Source: Candidatus Eiseniibacteriota bacterium (GTDB taxonomy: Bacteria; Eisenbacteria; RBG-16-71-46). From it: a stretch of 64,000 bases of DNA. A program made the position numbers and the translations under genes. Location: the NCBI GenBank assembly GCA_031370785.1, contig JANMQY010000060.1, forward strand, positions 1-64,000, read 5' to 3'. This document shows, one piece after another, positions 9,898 to 19,976 of the stretch (the stretch's first letter is position 1; each line of letters opens with the position of its first letter). Under the pieces are notes generated by a model. The model ran no database searches. It had not been told where the DNA came from and was given only the letters and a program-made list of their open reading frames with translations.

Positions 9898-9938
9898 AAG
9901 CCCCCGGGGGTCACGCCTCCGGGGGCTTTCGGCTTTTC
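9898..9938 (+). terminator. Intrinsic terminator hairpin between convergent genes
   Basis: AAGCCCCCGG...CCGGGGGCTT inverted repeat followed by a T-rich tail. Confidence 0.7.
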
Positions 9939-10008
9939 AGGTCGAGGGCGCGACCGGCGCGGGGGAGGTGCCCCGCGCCGGTTCGTGATGCCACGAATGC
10001 GTTCGTGC

Positions 10009-11385
10009 CTAGCGTCCGTCTGGCCTCACGACGGCCATGCCGAGATCCACATCGTCCACATGGTCCAGGCGCAGCAGATCCCCGCGCAGCGACTGCCAGC
10101 CGCCGGCGAGCGCCGCGAACGCAAGATCCTCGGTCGGGGGCAGGTCCTGAAGGAAAACGAACGCCGCCCCGGCCATGAAGCGCGGCAGGACATTGCGATC
10201 GTAGTGGCCCGAATCGCGCGTCGAGCGACGCGCGTCCAGCACCTGCTGAACCGTCGTCCCCTCGCCGCACACGTCCCTCCAGCGCGTCTCGATCTCTTTC
10301 ACGCGGTCGGGCTGCGCCGCGCGCACGATGTCGGAGACCAGCGCGTAGGCATCGAGCTCGCCTTCGGGCGTGTACGAGGTCCACACCACGCGCGCGCTGG
10401 TCGAGCGCTGCGTGTTCTGGTGGGCGAGTGTCGCGCCTTCCCTGGTCGCGATCACTTCATACTCCACATCCACGGTCACGGTGCGCACGCGCGCGACCAG
10501 TTCGACCGGCACGGACACCCAGCGCGTGACCCGTTCTCCCGCCGCATCCTTCTCGACGATGCGGCGCGCGATCACATCGGTGAAGAGGTGCAGCCTGGTG
10601 TGCGCTTCGACGTTTCCGATCGAGCCCCACACCACGCGCTCGGCGCCGGCCTTGCGGGCGAACCGGATCGCGTCTTCGCGAGAGAGGCGTCCGAGCTGCG
10701 AGACGGTCATCTGCTGCTCGATGGCCGCGCTGCCAAGGATGCGCGTGAAATGGCAGTCCGGCGGACTCATGCCCTGCGCCAGGTGGTCACGCCACTCGGC
10801 GGCCACGTCGCGCCCGAGCGAAACGCTCGAGGAACCGGAGGAGAACGGCACGACCGCGACCCGGGTCAGCGCCTTCTCGTAGGCTTTGTCCGCGAGCTTG
10901 GCCGCGTCCCGATAGTCGGGCACGAAGCGCCGGGAATCCGAGAACTGAAGGTAGGCGCGCTTGGGCCGGCGCGCGGTGAGATCCGTGACGCCGCGCTGAT
11001 AGTAGGTGCGCGCGGCGGTCTGGCGGAGCGCCTGCTCCTCCTGCGACCACTCGGGGCTCACCGAGATCGCGGCGTAGCGGAAGGCGTCCATCCGGAACGC
11101 CGTGAGCGCAAGCACCTGCTCGGCGGCCGCGAGGCTGTCGGACAGGGTCAGCGAATGAATGCGCTGCTCCCAGTTCCGGGCCATGGCGTTGCCGGCCGCG
11201 GTGGCCGCAGCGCGTGCACGCGCGTTGCCGGGATCCTTGTTGAGTGCGCGCGTGGCGAGTTCCCAGGCGCGGCCGTTCTCGCCACCGGCGAGCTTCTCTT
11301 CGCTCTTCTGTGCGAGCTTTGCGGGTCCAGCACATCCGAGCAGGACCAGAAGCGCCAGGGCGGCCGGCGTAATTCGACGGAGCAT
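10009..11385 (-). CDS. Hypothetical lipoprotein (TPR-like helices plus alpha/beta domain)
   Basis: MLRRITPAALALLVLLGC lipobox; AAAGGGGG RBS; YYQRG..FVPDYRDA TPR-like segment. Confidence 0.75.
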   Translation of the reverse strand: MLRRITPAALALLVLLGCAGPAKLAQKSEEKLAGGENGRAWELATRALNKDPGNARARAAATAAGNAMARNWEQRIHSLTLSDSLAAAEQVLALTAFRMDAFRYAAISVSPEWSQEEQALRQTAARTYYQRGVTDLTARRPKRAYLQFSDSRRFVPDYRDAAKLADKAYEKALTRVAVVPFSSGSSSVSLGRDVAAEWRDHLAQGMSPPDCHFTRILGSAAIEQQMTVSQLGRLSREDAIRFARKAGAERVVWGSIGNVEAHTRLHLFTDVIARRIVEKDAAGERVTRWVSVPVELVARVRTVTVDVEYEVIATREGATLAHQNTQRSTSARVVWTSYTPEGELDAYALVSDIVRAAQPDRVKEIETRWRDVCGEGTTVQQVLDARRSTRDSGHYDRNVLPRFMAGAAFVFLQDLPPTEDLAFAALAGGWQSLRGDLLRLDHVDDVDLGMAVVRPDGR

Positions 11386-11552
11386 GGGAAGGCCCCCTTT
11401 CGTTCGCGTGTTATCGGCCTGGCAGGAATGGGACTTGAGAGTGAGACCCGGAACCTCCGGAAGTGGTCCAGGGCCGCGCTCAAAGACCGCGCAGCGCGGA
11501 ACCGGTGCCCGGGTTCCGCGCTGCACTCGCAACCATTCGCAACCAGCTCGCT

Positions 11553-14231
11553 TCAGGCCGCCTGCGCCCCGTTTTCCTCGCTGTCGACACCGTCTCCGCC
11601 CCGAACGAGGGCGACGGCACTGCGGACGTTCGACGTCACGTCCCGCTCCTCCTTCAGGCCCTGGATGACGGACTCCGCCTGCTTCAGCATGGAGCGGAGC
11701 GAACGGGTCTTCTCGACCGCCTGGTCGATGAGGACCTTCTGTCCTTGCAGCGTTTCGATACTGGAGTGCATGTCGGCGAGCAGTGCATCCGCTCGGGCTA
11801 GGCGCTCCTCCGCCTTGTTCATCTGACGAGTGCGCTCGTCGAGCTTGCTCGAAGTGTCCTGCACCTCGACAAGCCGATCCATCACTTCGTGCAGCATCGT
11901 GCGACTCTGCTCGACATCTGCCCGGGCCGCGTTGATCTCCCGGATCTCGCTCGCGGTCTTCTCGGCCATCGAGAACATGCGGTCGAGATCGGCCTGTATG
12001 GCGTCGAGCGTGCCCTGACGTGCGCAGATCTGCTCCAGCGACCTGGCCACATCAGGCTCGACCGCATCCCAGCGCGCCAGGCGCTCTTCAAACGTATCCA
12101 GCCTGCCCGAGACGGAATGCAGATCGCTGGCGCGCTCCTCGAGCTGTGCGGCGAGCGCTCCGATCTGCTGCGTGCGCTCGTCGGCGGTCGCGAGCGAACC
12201 GGTCAGCCGCTTGGTCAGCTCGCCGAGTTTCTGTGCTGATGCAGCCGCCTCCTGGCGCAGCTCCGTCGCCCGTTCGAGATCCTTGGCGGTCTCCGCGAGC
12301 GCGTGCTGCCGGTGATCGAGATCCTGCTTGAGGGTTCGAGTCTTCTCGGCCAGCTCCGCGACCGACTCGCATCGCGCCTCGATTGCCTCGACCGCCTTGG
12401 CCGTCTTGTCGGTTCTGGCACGCGAGTCGCTGACGCCGGATGCGATCGACGCGATCGTCCTGCTCATGCGGTCGGCCTCTTCCGAATGCGACGACAGTGC
12501 GACGAAGCGCTGCTCGGCGGCCTCCATGCGGGACTGCAGATCGCGACTGCGCTCGTCCAGCCTCGAACTGAGCGCGCCTTGCTCCGCCAGTCGGCGGTTC
12601 AGGTCCTCCACGAACTCCCGCCGCGACTCGATGACGGTGATGAAGTCGTGCACACGCTGCGCTTGCTTCTGCACGATTTCGATGGTCGGGGCCATGCCCT
12701 TCACGTCACTGATCTGCTGGCCGACTTCGCCGACAGACTGCTCGACGCTCGACAGCCAGGTGCGTGTCTCGGACTGGCTCTCGAATACCCGGACAATCTC
12801 GCCGTTGGCCACCTGCATCTGCTCGAGCGCGTCCTTCACCATCGCGTGGGCGTGGGCCAGCCGCTCCAGGTCTCGGACTGCGGCCTCGACTGCCGGCCGC
12901 GCGGCCTCGATCTGTGCGACCTTCGCCGCGGACTCGTGGGCAGCCCTGCCCATTTCGTCCAGATCCCGGCGTACGCCTTTTGCCTTTGCGATCTCTTCGT
13001 CGATGTGTCCGATCTCGTCCGAGAACGTGCTCAGGCTGGCCGACAGTGCCTGCGTCCGCGACTGGAGCTCTCCGACGTTCCGGCTCGTCTCGCTCAGGGA
13101 CTTGAAACGGTTCTCGAAATCCACGAGCGCGCCACGCAGGTCCGCAACGCGCTGGCTGACCGATTCGAGGCCCCGGTTCTCGAAGTCGAACCGCTCGATC
13201 GACTTCCTGGTCTCGTCCTGCATCGTCGCCAGGTCGTGACGCGTCGCCCGAGTCTGTTCGCCTGCCTCGTGCTGAAGCTGGGTGATCTCCTCGGAACGTT
13301 CGAGCACCGAATCATGCAGCGACCGAAGCGTGGAGACATCCCTTTGCATTGCCTTGAGCGCCTTCTCGTTGTCCTGTTGCTGGGCGACGCCGGCATTGAC
13401 CTGCTTCATGGCGTGCTCGAGCTGGTCCGCCCGGGCGAGCGCAGCCTCGATGGCGTCGCGCTGCGATTCGAGCGCCGCGCTCTTCTGTGCGACGAATTCT
13501 CCAAGCGCCTTCAGGGTTCCAAGCTCCCGCTTGACGCTGTCTACTGAGCTCTGGACGCCATCCATCGCACGGATGGAGTGCTCGACGCTGCCCACCCGAC
13601 GTTCCTTGTCCTGCAGATCGCGGCTGAACTCCTCGCGACGCCGGTCCAGCGCTTCCATCTTGGACATCCCGAGCTTGTGGGCGTCGAGGAGCCGGTCATG
13701 CTGCGCTCCGAGGCGGGCAAGCTGATCGCGCGTTCCGTCGACCTGACCGCGGAGCGCCTCGGCGTCGCCGCGCAATTCCTGTAGTGGCTTGTCCACCTCG
13801 AGGAATCCCTCGAGCTGCTCCTTCAGCTTCAAGGCCGAGTCCACCCGTTGGCCGAGCTCTTCGAACATCGCGCGGACCCGCCCGGCATTTTCGAGCGAGT
13901 CAGCGATCTGCGCTTCCATGTGCTGATGGCCGTCCGCGACCGCCTGAGTGCGCTCCTCCAGGGACTGCAGCCGAGTCGACAGCTGCGCCATCGCCTCGAA
14001 GCGTTCCTCCAGTTTGCCGAGGCCTTCGGATACGCTGCCCACCCCGCTCTGCGCGATCGCGATGGGATCCTCGAGCTCGCGCAGGCGATCCGCCGCCGTC
14101 CGCGCGCGCTCGATGAGCGCCTCGCTGCGGGTGCGCTCCTGCCGCATCTCCTCAGCGACCGCGCGCATCTCCTCGATGAGCTGCTGATCCTTGGAACCAT
14201 TTCCGAGCAGACTCTTGAGCATGGGAACCAT
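11553..14231 (-). CDS. Large (892 aa) coiled-coil protein of unknown function
   Basis: AAGGAGG RBS before ATG 14231; E/Q/R/L/A-rich heptad pattern throughout; no Walker A motif and no TM segment seen. Confidence 0.8.
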   Translation of the reverse strand: MVPMLKSLLGNGSKDQQLIEEMRAVAEEMRQERTRSEALIERARTAADRLRELEDPIAIAQSGVGSVSEGLGKLEERFEAMAQLSTRLQSLEERTQAVADGHQHMEAQIADSLENAGRVRAMFEELGQRVDSALKLKEQLEGFLEVDKPLQELRGDAEALRGQVDGTRDQLARLGAQHDRLLDAHKLGMSKMEALDRRREEFSRDLQDKERRVGSVEHSIRAMDGVQSSVDSVKRELGTLKALGEFVAQKSAALESQRDAIEAALARADQLEHAMKQVNAGVAQQQDNEKALKAMQRDVSTLRSLHDSVLERSEEITQLQHEAGEQTRATRHDLATMQDETRKSIERFDFENRGLESVSQRVADLRGALVDFENRFKSLSETSRNVGELQSRTQALSASLSTFSDEIGHIDEEIAKAKGVRRDLDEMGRAAHESAAKVAQIEAARPAVEAAVRDLERLAHAHAMVKDALEQMQVANGEIVRVFESQSETRTWLSSVEQSVGEVGQQISDVKGMAPTIEIVQKQAQRVHDFITVIESRREFVEDLNRRLAEQGALSSRLDERSRDLQSRMEAAEQRFVALSSHSEEADRMSRTIASIASGVSDSRARTDKTAKAVEAIEARCESVAELAEKTRTLKQDLDHRQHALAETAKDLERATELRQEAAASAQKLGELTKRLTGSLATADERTQQIGALAAQLEERASDLHSVSGRLDTFEERLARWDAVEPDVARSLEQICARQGTLDAIQADLDRMFSMAEKTASEIREINAARADVEQSRTMLHEVMDRLVEVQDTSSKLDERTRQMNKAEERLARADALLADMHSSIETLQGQKVLIDQAVEKTRSLRSMLKQAESVIQGLKEERDVTSNVRSAVALVRGGDGVDSEENGAQAA

Positions 14232-14732
14232 GGAACCCTCCTTCGAAAGCGCCGAGCACCGGACCCGATCCGGACGACTGCGTTCACTGGGCGAATGGGG
14301 ACTCGTTTCTCCGCGTGTCGGCCGAGACCTGGGGGAGAGGTCGGACGCGGTGCGTATTGGTCCCCGAGGCAAGACCCGCGCCGAGTCGGGACCAATGCTC
14401 ACGCGCAGATCTGCCAATTGACGTGAGCGCAGGGAATACGCGTCATCAGGAACCGCACGGGCCGGGTATGGAAGGAGCCCTCTCGTCGACGGACCGCCCA
14501 ACAAGTGACCGGAATCCGGTTGCGCCGGGCCACGTCCGAGCCAAGCCATGCGAAGCCGCACGGGAGAGGGCCCCCAAAGGCTGCGTCCGTCAGGCGCCAG
14601 GCCGCGTTCGTGCGGCCGTCGACCGCAGCCGGGGAATCATGAGCCACTCTGCCACCCGCCAAGGCCGGCCCGCGCGGACCCCCGCGCCAACGACGGCCGC
14701 CTTCGAACCGCCTTCCGCCCAGGAGCCCTCTC

Positions 14733-15890
14733 ATGTCGTTCGCTCGTTTCGCCGCCGTTTCGCTTGCCCTCGTCGCGCTCGCCGGTCCCGCGGTCGCGGA
14801 TGATTCCGGCAATTTCGTGATCCGGCTCGGCCAGGACACGACCAGTGTCGAGCATTACACCCGCACCCCTTCTCGCATCGAGGTGAACCAGGTCGGCCGC
14901 GCGCCGCGAGTGCTGAAGCGTCACTTCACCTATGACTTCACCAACGGCGCGATCTCGAAGCTGGCCGTGATGGTGACGGCTCCGGCCTCCCCGACGCCGA
15001 CCCAGACCATCGATGCCACGTTCGGGCCGGACTCGATGTTCATGCAGATCAAGTCCGGCACCGCGCCGGTGCAGAACGTCCACGTCGCAATGCCGACCGG
15101 AACCGTGGTCGTGGCGCTCTCGAGCCCTTGGGCGGTGTACGAGAAGTCGATCGCGAAGCTGGTACAGGGCAAGAGCGACAGCCTGCGTTCCCCGATGTAC
15201 CTGATCGGCGCGGACGCGATGAACTGGCTCAGCCTGCACAAGCTCGGCCGCGACTCGGTCGTTCTCTCCAATGACCACGGGGACCTGTTCCATGTGCGCG
15301 TCGACAAGGCGGGCCATGTCCTCGGCGTGCTGCCGATCTCGGGCACCGGCAAGTTCAGTGTGGAGCGCGTCCCGACACTGGATCTGGAGGCGATGACCGC
15401 GGTGTTCGCCGCGCGCGAAAAGGCCGGTGCGGGCGTCGGTGTGCTCTCACCGCGCGACACGGTGCGCTCCAACGTCGGTGGAGCCGCGCTGCTGGTGGAC
15501 TATGGCCGGCCGGGCAAGCGCGGGCGGGTGATCTACGGCAATGTCGTGCCGTACGGCGAGGTATGGCGCACCGGCGCGAACGCCGCGACCCAGCTCAGGA
15601 CCGACAAGGCGCTCGACTTCGGTGGCACCGTGGTGCCTGCGGGTTTCTACACGATGTGGACGCTTCCGACCGCCACCGGCTGGAAGCTCATCTTCAACAG
15701 CCAGACCGGTCAGTGGGGCACCGCGCATGACGCCACGAAGGATCTCTACACGATCGACATGAAGATGAGCACGCTGCCCCAGCCGGTCGAGCGCTTCACC
15801 ATCAGCGTGGATCCGAGTGCGGAGGGCGGCGTGCTGAACCTCGATTGGGATACGACGCGCGCGTCGGCCGCCTTCACGGTCAAGCCATAG
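14733..15890 (+). CDS. Secreted DUF2911-domain protein
   Basis: Signal peptide; C-terminal SPRDT..VDYGRPGKRGR..VPYGEVWRTGANAAT motif. Confidence 0.85.
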   Translation: MSFARFAAVSLALVALAGPAVADDSGNFVIRLGQDTTSVEHYTRTPSRIEVNQVGRAPRVLKRHFTYDFTNGAISKLAVMVTAPASPTPTQTIDATFGPDSMFMQIKSGTAPVQNVHVAMPTGTVVVALSSPWAVYEKSIAKLVQGKSDSLRSPMYLIGADAMNWLSLHKLGRDSVVLSNDHGDLFHVRVDKAGHVLGVLPISGTGKFSVERVPTLDLEAMTAVFAAREKAGAGVGVLSPRDTVRSNVGGAALLVDYGRPGKRGRVIYGNVVPYGEVWRTGANAATQLRTDKALDFGGTVVPAGFYTMWTLPTATGWKLIFNSQTGQWGTAHDATKDLYTIDMKMSTLPQPVERFTISVDPSAEGGVLNLDWDTTRASAAFTVKP

Positions 15891-15903
15891 CGCGGGAGGC
15901 CCG

Positions 15904-16584
15904 ATGGAGACGCGCAGCCCGGTCGTGTTCCTGTTCGATGTCGACAACACATTGATCGACAACGACCGGGTCGCGGCGGATCTCAAGCGACATCTCGAGC
16001 GAGAGCTGGGGCGCGAGCGCGAGGAGCACTACTGGACGCTCTTCGAAGCGCTGCGGGCCGAGACCGGCTACGCGGATTACCTCGGCGCGCTGCAGCGCTA
16101 CCGGGCGGAGCAGCCGCGGGATCAGGGTGTGCTCACCGTCTCGTCGTTCCTCATCGACTATCCGTTCGCCAACCGGCTCTACCCGAACTCGCTCGACGTT
16201 CTGGAGCGCTTCCTCGAGTCGGGACCGGTCGTGATCCTCTCCGACGGCGACGCCGTTTTTCAGCCGCGCAAGGTCCAGCGCTCGGGACTGTTCGAAGCGG
16301 CGAACGGAAACGTGCTCATCTACATCCACAAGGAGCTCGAGCTCGAGGACGTCGAGCGCCGCTACCCGGCCGACCACTACGTGCTGGTGGACGACAAGCT
16401 GCGGATTCTGACCGCGGTCAAGCGCGCGTGGGGCAAGCGGGTCACGACCGTGTTCCCGCGCCAGGGCCACTACGCGCACGATGCAAAGCTGCTCTCGACC
16501 TATCCCGGCGCGGATTTCACCGTGGAGCGGATCGGGGAGTTGCTGGACGTGACCGCCGAGAACCTGGTGGGAGGGGCACAATGA
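15904..16584 (+). CDS. HAD-superfamily hydrolase
   Basis: FLFDVDNTL, LSDGD and VDDK motifs. Confidence 0.85.
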   Translation: METRSPVVFLFDVDNTLIDNDRVAADLKRHLERELGREREEHYWTLFEALRAETGYADYLGALQRYRAEQPRDQGVLTVSSFLIDYPFANRLYPNSLDVLERFLESGPVVILSDGDAVFQPRKVQRSGLFEAANGNVLIYIHKELELEDVERRYPADHYVLVDDKLRILTAVKRAWGKRVTTVFPRQGHYAHDAKLLSTYPGADFTVERIGELLDVTAENLVGGAQ

Positions 16585-16587
16585 CCC

Positions 16588-17145
16588 CTACCGCCCGCCC
16601 CGCGGCTGAACCGCGCGTGCCAGCTCGATGGCCTTGATCAGCGAGACCACGTCGAAGCCGCCGTCGTGCCGGACCTCGTTGATGAAGAACGTGGGCGTCC
16701 CGTTGACGCCGCTGCGGACTCCGCTCAGAAAGTCCTCGCGAACACGGGGCATGTGAATCCCCTGGCTCAGCTCGAGCACGAATCGGTGCATGTCGAGCCC
16801 CAGGATCCCGGCGTAGGACAGCAGCGACTCCGCGTCGAGCATGTCCTGGTGCTCGAACAGCAGGTCGTGCATCTCCCAGAACTTGTCCTTTGCGCCCGCG
16901 GCCTCGGCGGCCTCGGCCGCGGGTTCGGCGTTCGGGTGCACGCTGGCCAGCGGGAAATGTCGATAGACGAAGCGAAGCTCTTCGCCCAGTCGCCTGCGGA
17001 CCTCACGCACCACGGGATGTGCCGCGCCACAGTGCGGACACTCGAAATCGCCGTACTCGACGAGAGTGACCGGTGCCGTTGCCGGCCCGAGGGCGTGATC
17101 GCGCCTGCTGACGGGCAGCATGAGACGCGGTGCAAGGGCCTTCAT
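16588..17145 (-). CDS. DsbA / thioredoxin_4 family oxidoreductase
   Basis: VEYGDFECPHC, RHFPL, GVNGTPTFFIN. Confidence 0.9.
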   Translation of the reverse strand: MKALAPRLMLPVSRRDHALGPATAPVTLVEYGDFECPHCGAAHPVVREVRRRLGEELRFVYRHFPLASVHPNAEPAAEAAEAAGAKDKFWEMHDLLFEHQDMLDAESLLSYAGILGLDMHRFVLELSQGIHMPRVREDFLSGVRSGVNGTPTFFINEVRHDGGFDVVSLIKAIELARAVQPRGGR

Positions 17146-17372
17146 GACGTGATGCCCTTGTGGATCGACTCGAGCGCCGCGAGGATGCCGTCGGCGCGCG
17201 ACGCCGCGCCGCTGGGCTCGAAGTCCGCGAGCAGTGGAAACTGGAGCTTCCGGTCCTTCGCGAACGCCTTGTGGCACCACGCTCCGTCGACGGAAATCCC
17301 CAACGGCTTCTTGTCGGGCGTGCTGTTCAGCGTGAAGTCCGGCGCCACAGTTCCTTCGCTCAGGGGTTCCAT
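17142..17372 (-). pseudogene. Peroxiredoxin (AhpC/TSA-like) with two in-frame internal deletions
   Basis: APDFTLNSTPD joined directly to LGISVDGAWCHKAFAKDRKLQFPLLADFEP, then ADGILAALE; the FYP..C peroxidatic motif and the ERA.FVID segment are missing. Confidence 0.75.
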
Positions 17373-17381
17373 GGTGTCCTC

Positions 17382-18227
17382 CTAGATCGTGGGTAATTCC
17401 CGCGGGCGTGGTCCTCGCGGAAAGGCTTTGTCGATCCGCCCGAGTTCGGCTTCGCTCAGCTCGAGGTCCGCGGACCCCGCGTTCTCGGCCGCGTGTTCCG
17501 GCTTTGATGCCTTCGGAATTGCGAAGACTGACGGCCTCCGCAGCAGGAATCTCAGCGCGACCTGGCGCGGAGTAGCCTGATGTGCGGCGGCGATTTCCTG
17601 AAGCACGCGCCCGCCCGGCGTCGTCGGCCCGGGAAAGCCCTTGTGTCCGAACGGGCTGTAGGCCACCACCGCGACACCCTGCTTTTCGCACCAGGGAATG
17701 ACCGCGTGCTCGATCGCGCGCTCCTTCAGATGGTAGAGAACCTGATTGCACGCGAAGACGTACTTGCCGGCGATCTCGCTGGCCTCCACCAGATCCGGAA
17801 CATCGAAGTTGCTGACGCCCCACGAGAGGATCTTGCCCGCGCGGCGCAGCTCCTCGAATGCCGCGATCGTGTCCTCGAGCGGATGCGCGCCGCGCCAGTG
17901 CAACAGATAGCAGTCCAGCCGATCGGTCTTAAGGTGCGAGAGCGAGCCGTGGCAGGCCGCGATGGTTCCCTTTCGTGAAGCGTTCTGGGGAAGCACCTTC
18001 GAAACCAGAAAAACTTCTTCGCGCCGCCCCGCGATTGCTTCGGCCACGATCGACTCGACGACCCCCGACCCGTACATCTCCGCGGTGTCGATGTGAGTCA
18101 TGCCGAGATCGAGTCCGCGGCGCAACGCGGCCACCGACACGTCTCGCGGGGCATTGTCCAGATACCACGTTCCCTGGCCGATCGCTGCGACTTTCCGCTT
18201 CGTGGAACCGAATCGGCGCTGTTCCAC
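17382..18227 (-). CDS. Aldo/keto reductase
   Basis: IGQGTW, IDTAEMYG, SKV, YLLHW, GVSNF, IPKA motifs; GGAGG before GTG 18227. Confidence 0.92.
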   Translation of the reverse strand: MEQRRFGSTKRKVAAIGQGTWYLDNAPRDVSVAALRRGLDLGMTHIDTAEMYGSGVVESIVAEAIAGRREEVFLVSKVLPQNASRKGTIAACHGSLSHLKTDRLDCYLLHWRGAHPLEDTIAAFEELRRAGKILSWGVSNFDVPDLVEASEIAGKYVFACNQVLYHLKERAIEHAVIPWCEKQGVAVVAYSPFGHKGFPGPTTPGGRVLQEIAAAHQATPRQVALRFLLRRPSVFAIPKASKPEHAAENAGSADLELSEAELGRIDKAFPRGPRPRELPTI

Positions 18228-18371
18228 GTCCTGCCTCCGTCTTTGTCGAAACGGCGAACCTGAACCTGGAATGCTGTTCCTGCACGGAAGTGATGTCAAC
18301 ATGTGCCGATGGCGACCCCCAAGCCACCCCGGTCAAACCAACCTCACGCGGGTGCATCCCGACCCACTACC

Positions 18372-19166
18372 ATGTCGCCCATGACGAAGGGTGATTCCCC
18401 GCGATTCGAGCGCTACGTCGCCATTGGCGACAGCTCCACCGAGGGCCTCGACGACCCCGACGGGCAGGGAGGCTACCGCGGCTGGTCCAGCCGGCTGGCG
18501 GAGCGGATCGCGCGGAGACAGGGCCGGCTGCTCCATGCGAACCTGGCGGTTCGCGGCAGGACGACGCGCCAGATCCGGGAGCAGCAACTCGAGCGTGCGG
18601 CCGCGATGAATCCCGATCTCGCGACGGTGTTCTCGGGCACCAACGATGTGTTCCAGCCGCGCTTCGACGCCGACCGGCTGGGCGCCGACATCGACCTCAT
18701 GCAGCGCACTCTCGTCGCGGGTGGGGCCACCGTGCTCACGTTCACCCTGCCCGACCTGACTCCGATCATGCCGCTCGCGCGTCCGCTCGCGCCGCGGATC
18801 CACGCTCTGAACGATGCGCTGAGATCCGTCTCCCGTGCGACGGGCACGATCCTCGTCGATTTCGCGGCGCATCCGGGCGCGACCGATCCCAGGCTCTGGA
18901 GTGAGGACCGGTTCCACGCGAACTCGAGAGGCCACGCTCTGATCGCCGAGGCACTCGCGCACGCTCTTGGGCTGCCGGGCAGCGATGATGCGTGGATGCG
19001 GCCGCTGCCGTTCGAGGCTCCGCCAGGTCCGCGCGCGCGAATCACTGCCGAACTGCGGTGGATACGGCGCCACGTCATGCCCTTGATGTGGCGTCGCCCG
19101 GGTGGCCCGCCGATGGAAGACTTTCGCGGCAAACAGCCGGAGCTGCGGCCGGTCGAAACGGGTTAG
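18372..19166 (+). CDS. SGNH/GDSL hydrolase
   Basis: YVAIGDSSTEG, NLAVRG, GTND, DRFH blocks. Confidence 0.9.
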   Translation: MSPMTKGDSPRFERYVAIGDSSTEGLDDPDGQGGYRGWSSRLAERIARRQGRLLHANLAVRGRTTRQIREQQLERAAAMNPDLATVFSGTNDVFQPRFDADRLGADIDLMQRTLVAGGATVLTFTLPDLTPIMPLARPLAPRIHALNDALRSVSRATGTILVDFAAHPGATDPRLWSEDRFHANSRGHALIAEALAHALGLPGSDDAWMRPLPFEAPPGPRARITAELRWIRRHVMPLMWRRPGGPPMEDFRGKQPELRPVETG

Positions 19167-19178
19167 CGCGAAGCGCCG

Positions 19179-19976
19179 CTACGTCGCGGGCTTCGGCGCC
19201 GGGCGCGGCGCGAAGGAGGCATCCGCCTCGGCGGCAGCCATGTCCTCGGCCGAGAAGTAGCGCACCACCTGTTCACGCTGGCCCGGACGCGTGTAGACGT
19301 CGGCGCGCGGCGTGCGAATGACGCCGACGATCACTTCGGCGACTTCCTCGACCGGCTGCGCGTTCGGGAAGGTGCGGGAGTCCGCGCCACCGCCCAGCGC
19401 GTTCAGGCCGAAGTCGGTCGCGACCACACCCGGGAGCACCGTGGACACGTGGATGTCGCGGTAGCCGGCGCGCAGCTCCATCCGCAGGTTCGCGGTCAGG
19501 GCATTCAGCGCATGCTTGGCCGCACTGTAGGCGGAGCGCATCGGGGCGAAAGGGATGCGGCTCAGCATCGATGAGACGTTGATGATGTGCCCGCGGCCAC
19601 GCTCGCGGAAGTGGGGCAGCACGACCTGCATGCCGTACAGCGCGGACTTCACGTTGACGCGCATCATCTCGTCGAAATCGTCATCGCTCAGCTGCGACAC
19701 CGGGCGGGTCAGCCCGCGCCCCGCGTTGTTCACCCACACGTCCACGTGGCCGAAGCGCGCCAGCGCCGAATCGAAGATGCGCTGCACCTCCTCGCGACGC
19801 GTGACGTCCGCGACCACGGCGAGGCTCTGGCCGCCGCATGCCGCCGCGACCTCGCGCAGCTCGGCCTCGCGGCGCGCGGCGAGCACGGCGGCGCCGCCGA
19901 GCTCGGCCACGCGCCGCGCGAGCGCAGCGCCGATGCCGCTGCTGGCGCCAGTGATCAAGACCACCTTGTCACGCAT
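19179..19976 (-). CDS. Short-chain dehydrogenase/reductase
   Basis: TGASSGIG, NNAG, YSAAK. Confidence 0.93.
   Translation of the reverse strand: MRDKVVLITGASSGIGAALARRVAELGGAAVLAARREAELREVAAACGGQSLAVVADVTRREEVQRIFDSALARFGHVDVWVNNAGRGLTRPVSQLSDDDFDEMMRVNVKSALYGMQVVLPHFRERGRGHIINVSSMLSRIPFAPMRSAYSAAKHALNALTANLRMELRAGYRDIHVSTVLPGVVATDFGLNALGGGADSRTFPNAQPVEEVAEVIVGVIRTPRADVYTRPGQREQVVRYFSAEDMAAAEADASFAPRPAPKPAT

Noticed and set aside
9985..11826. Long antisense or alternate-frame ORFs (for example 9985-11826, 32916-34673, 46943-48682, 51854-53686, 53725-55518)
   Set aside because: They are shadows of real genes caused by stop-codon scarcity in high-GC DNA, with Arg/Ala/Gly-rich composition and no motifs.
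11553..14231. SMC/SbcC annotation for the coiled-coil protein
   Set aside because: No Walker A/B, signature or hinge motifs are visible.
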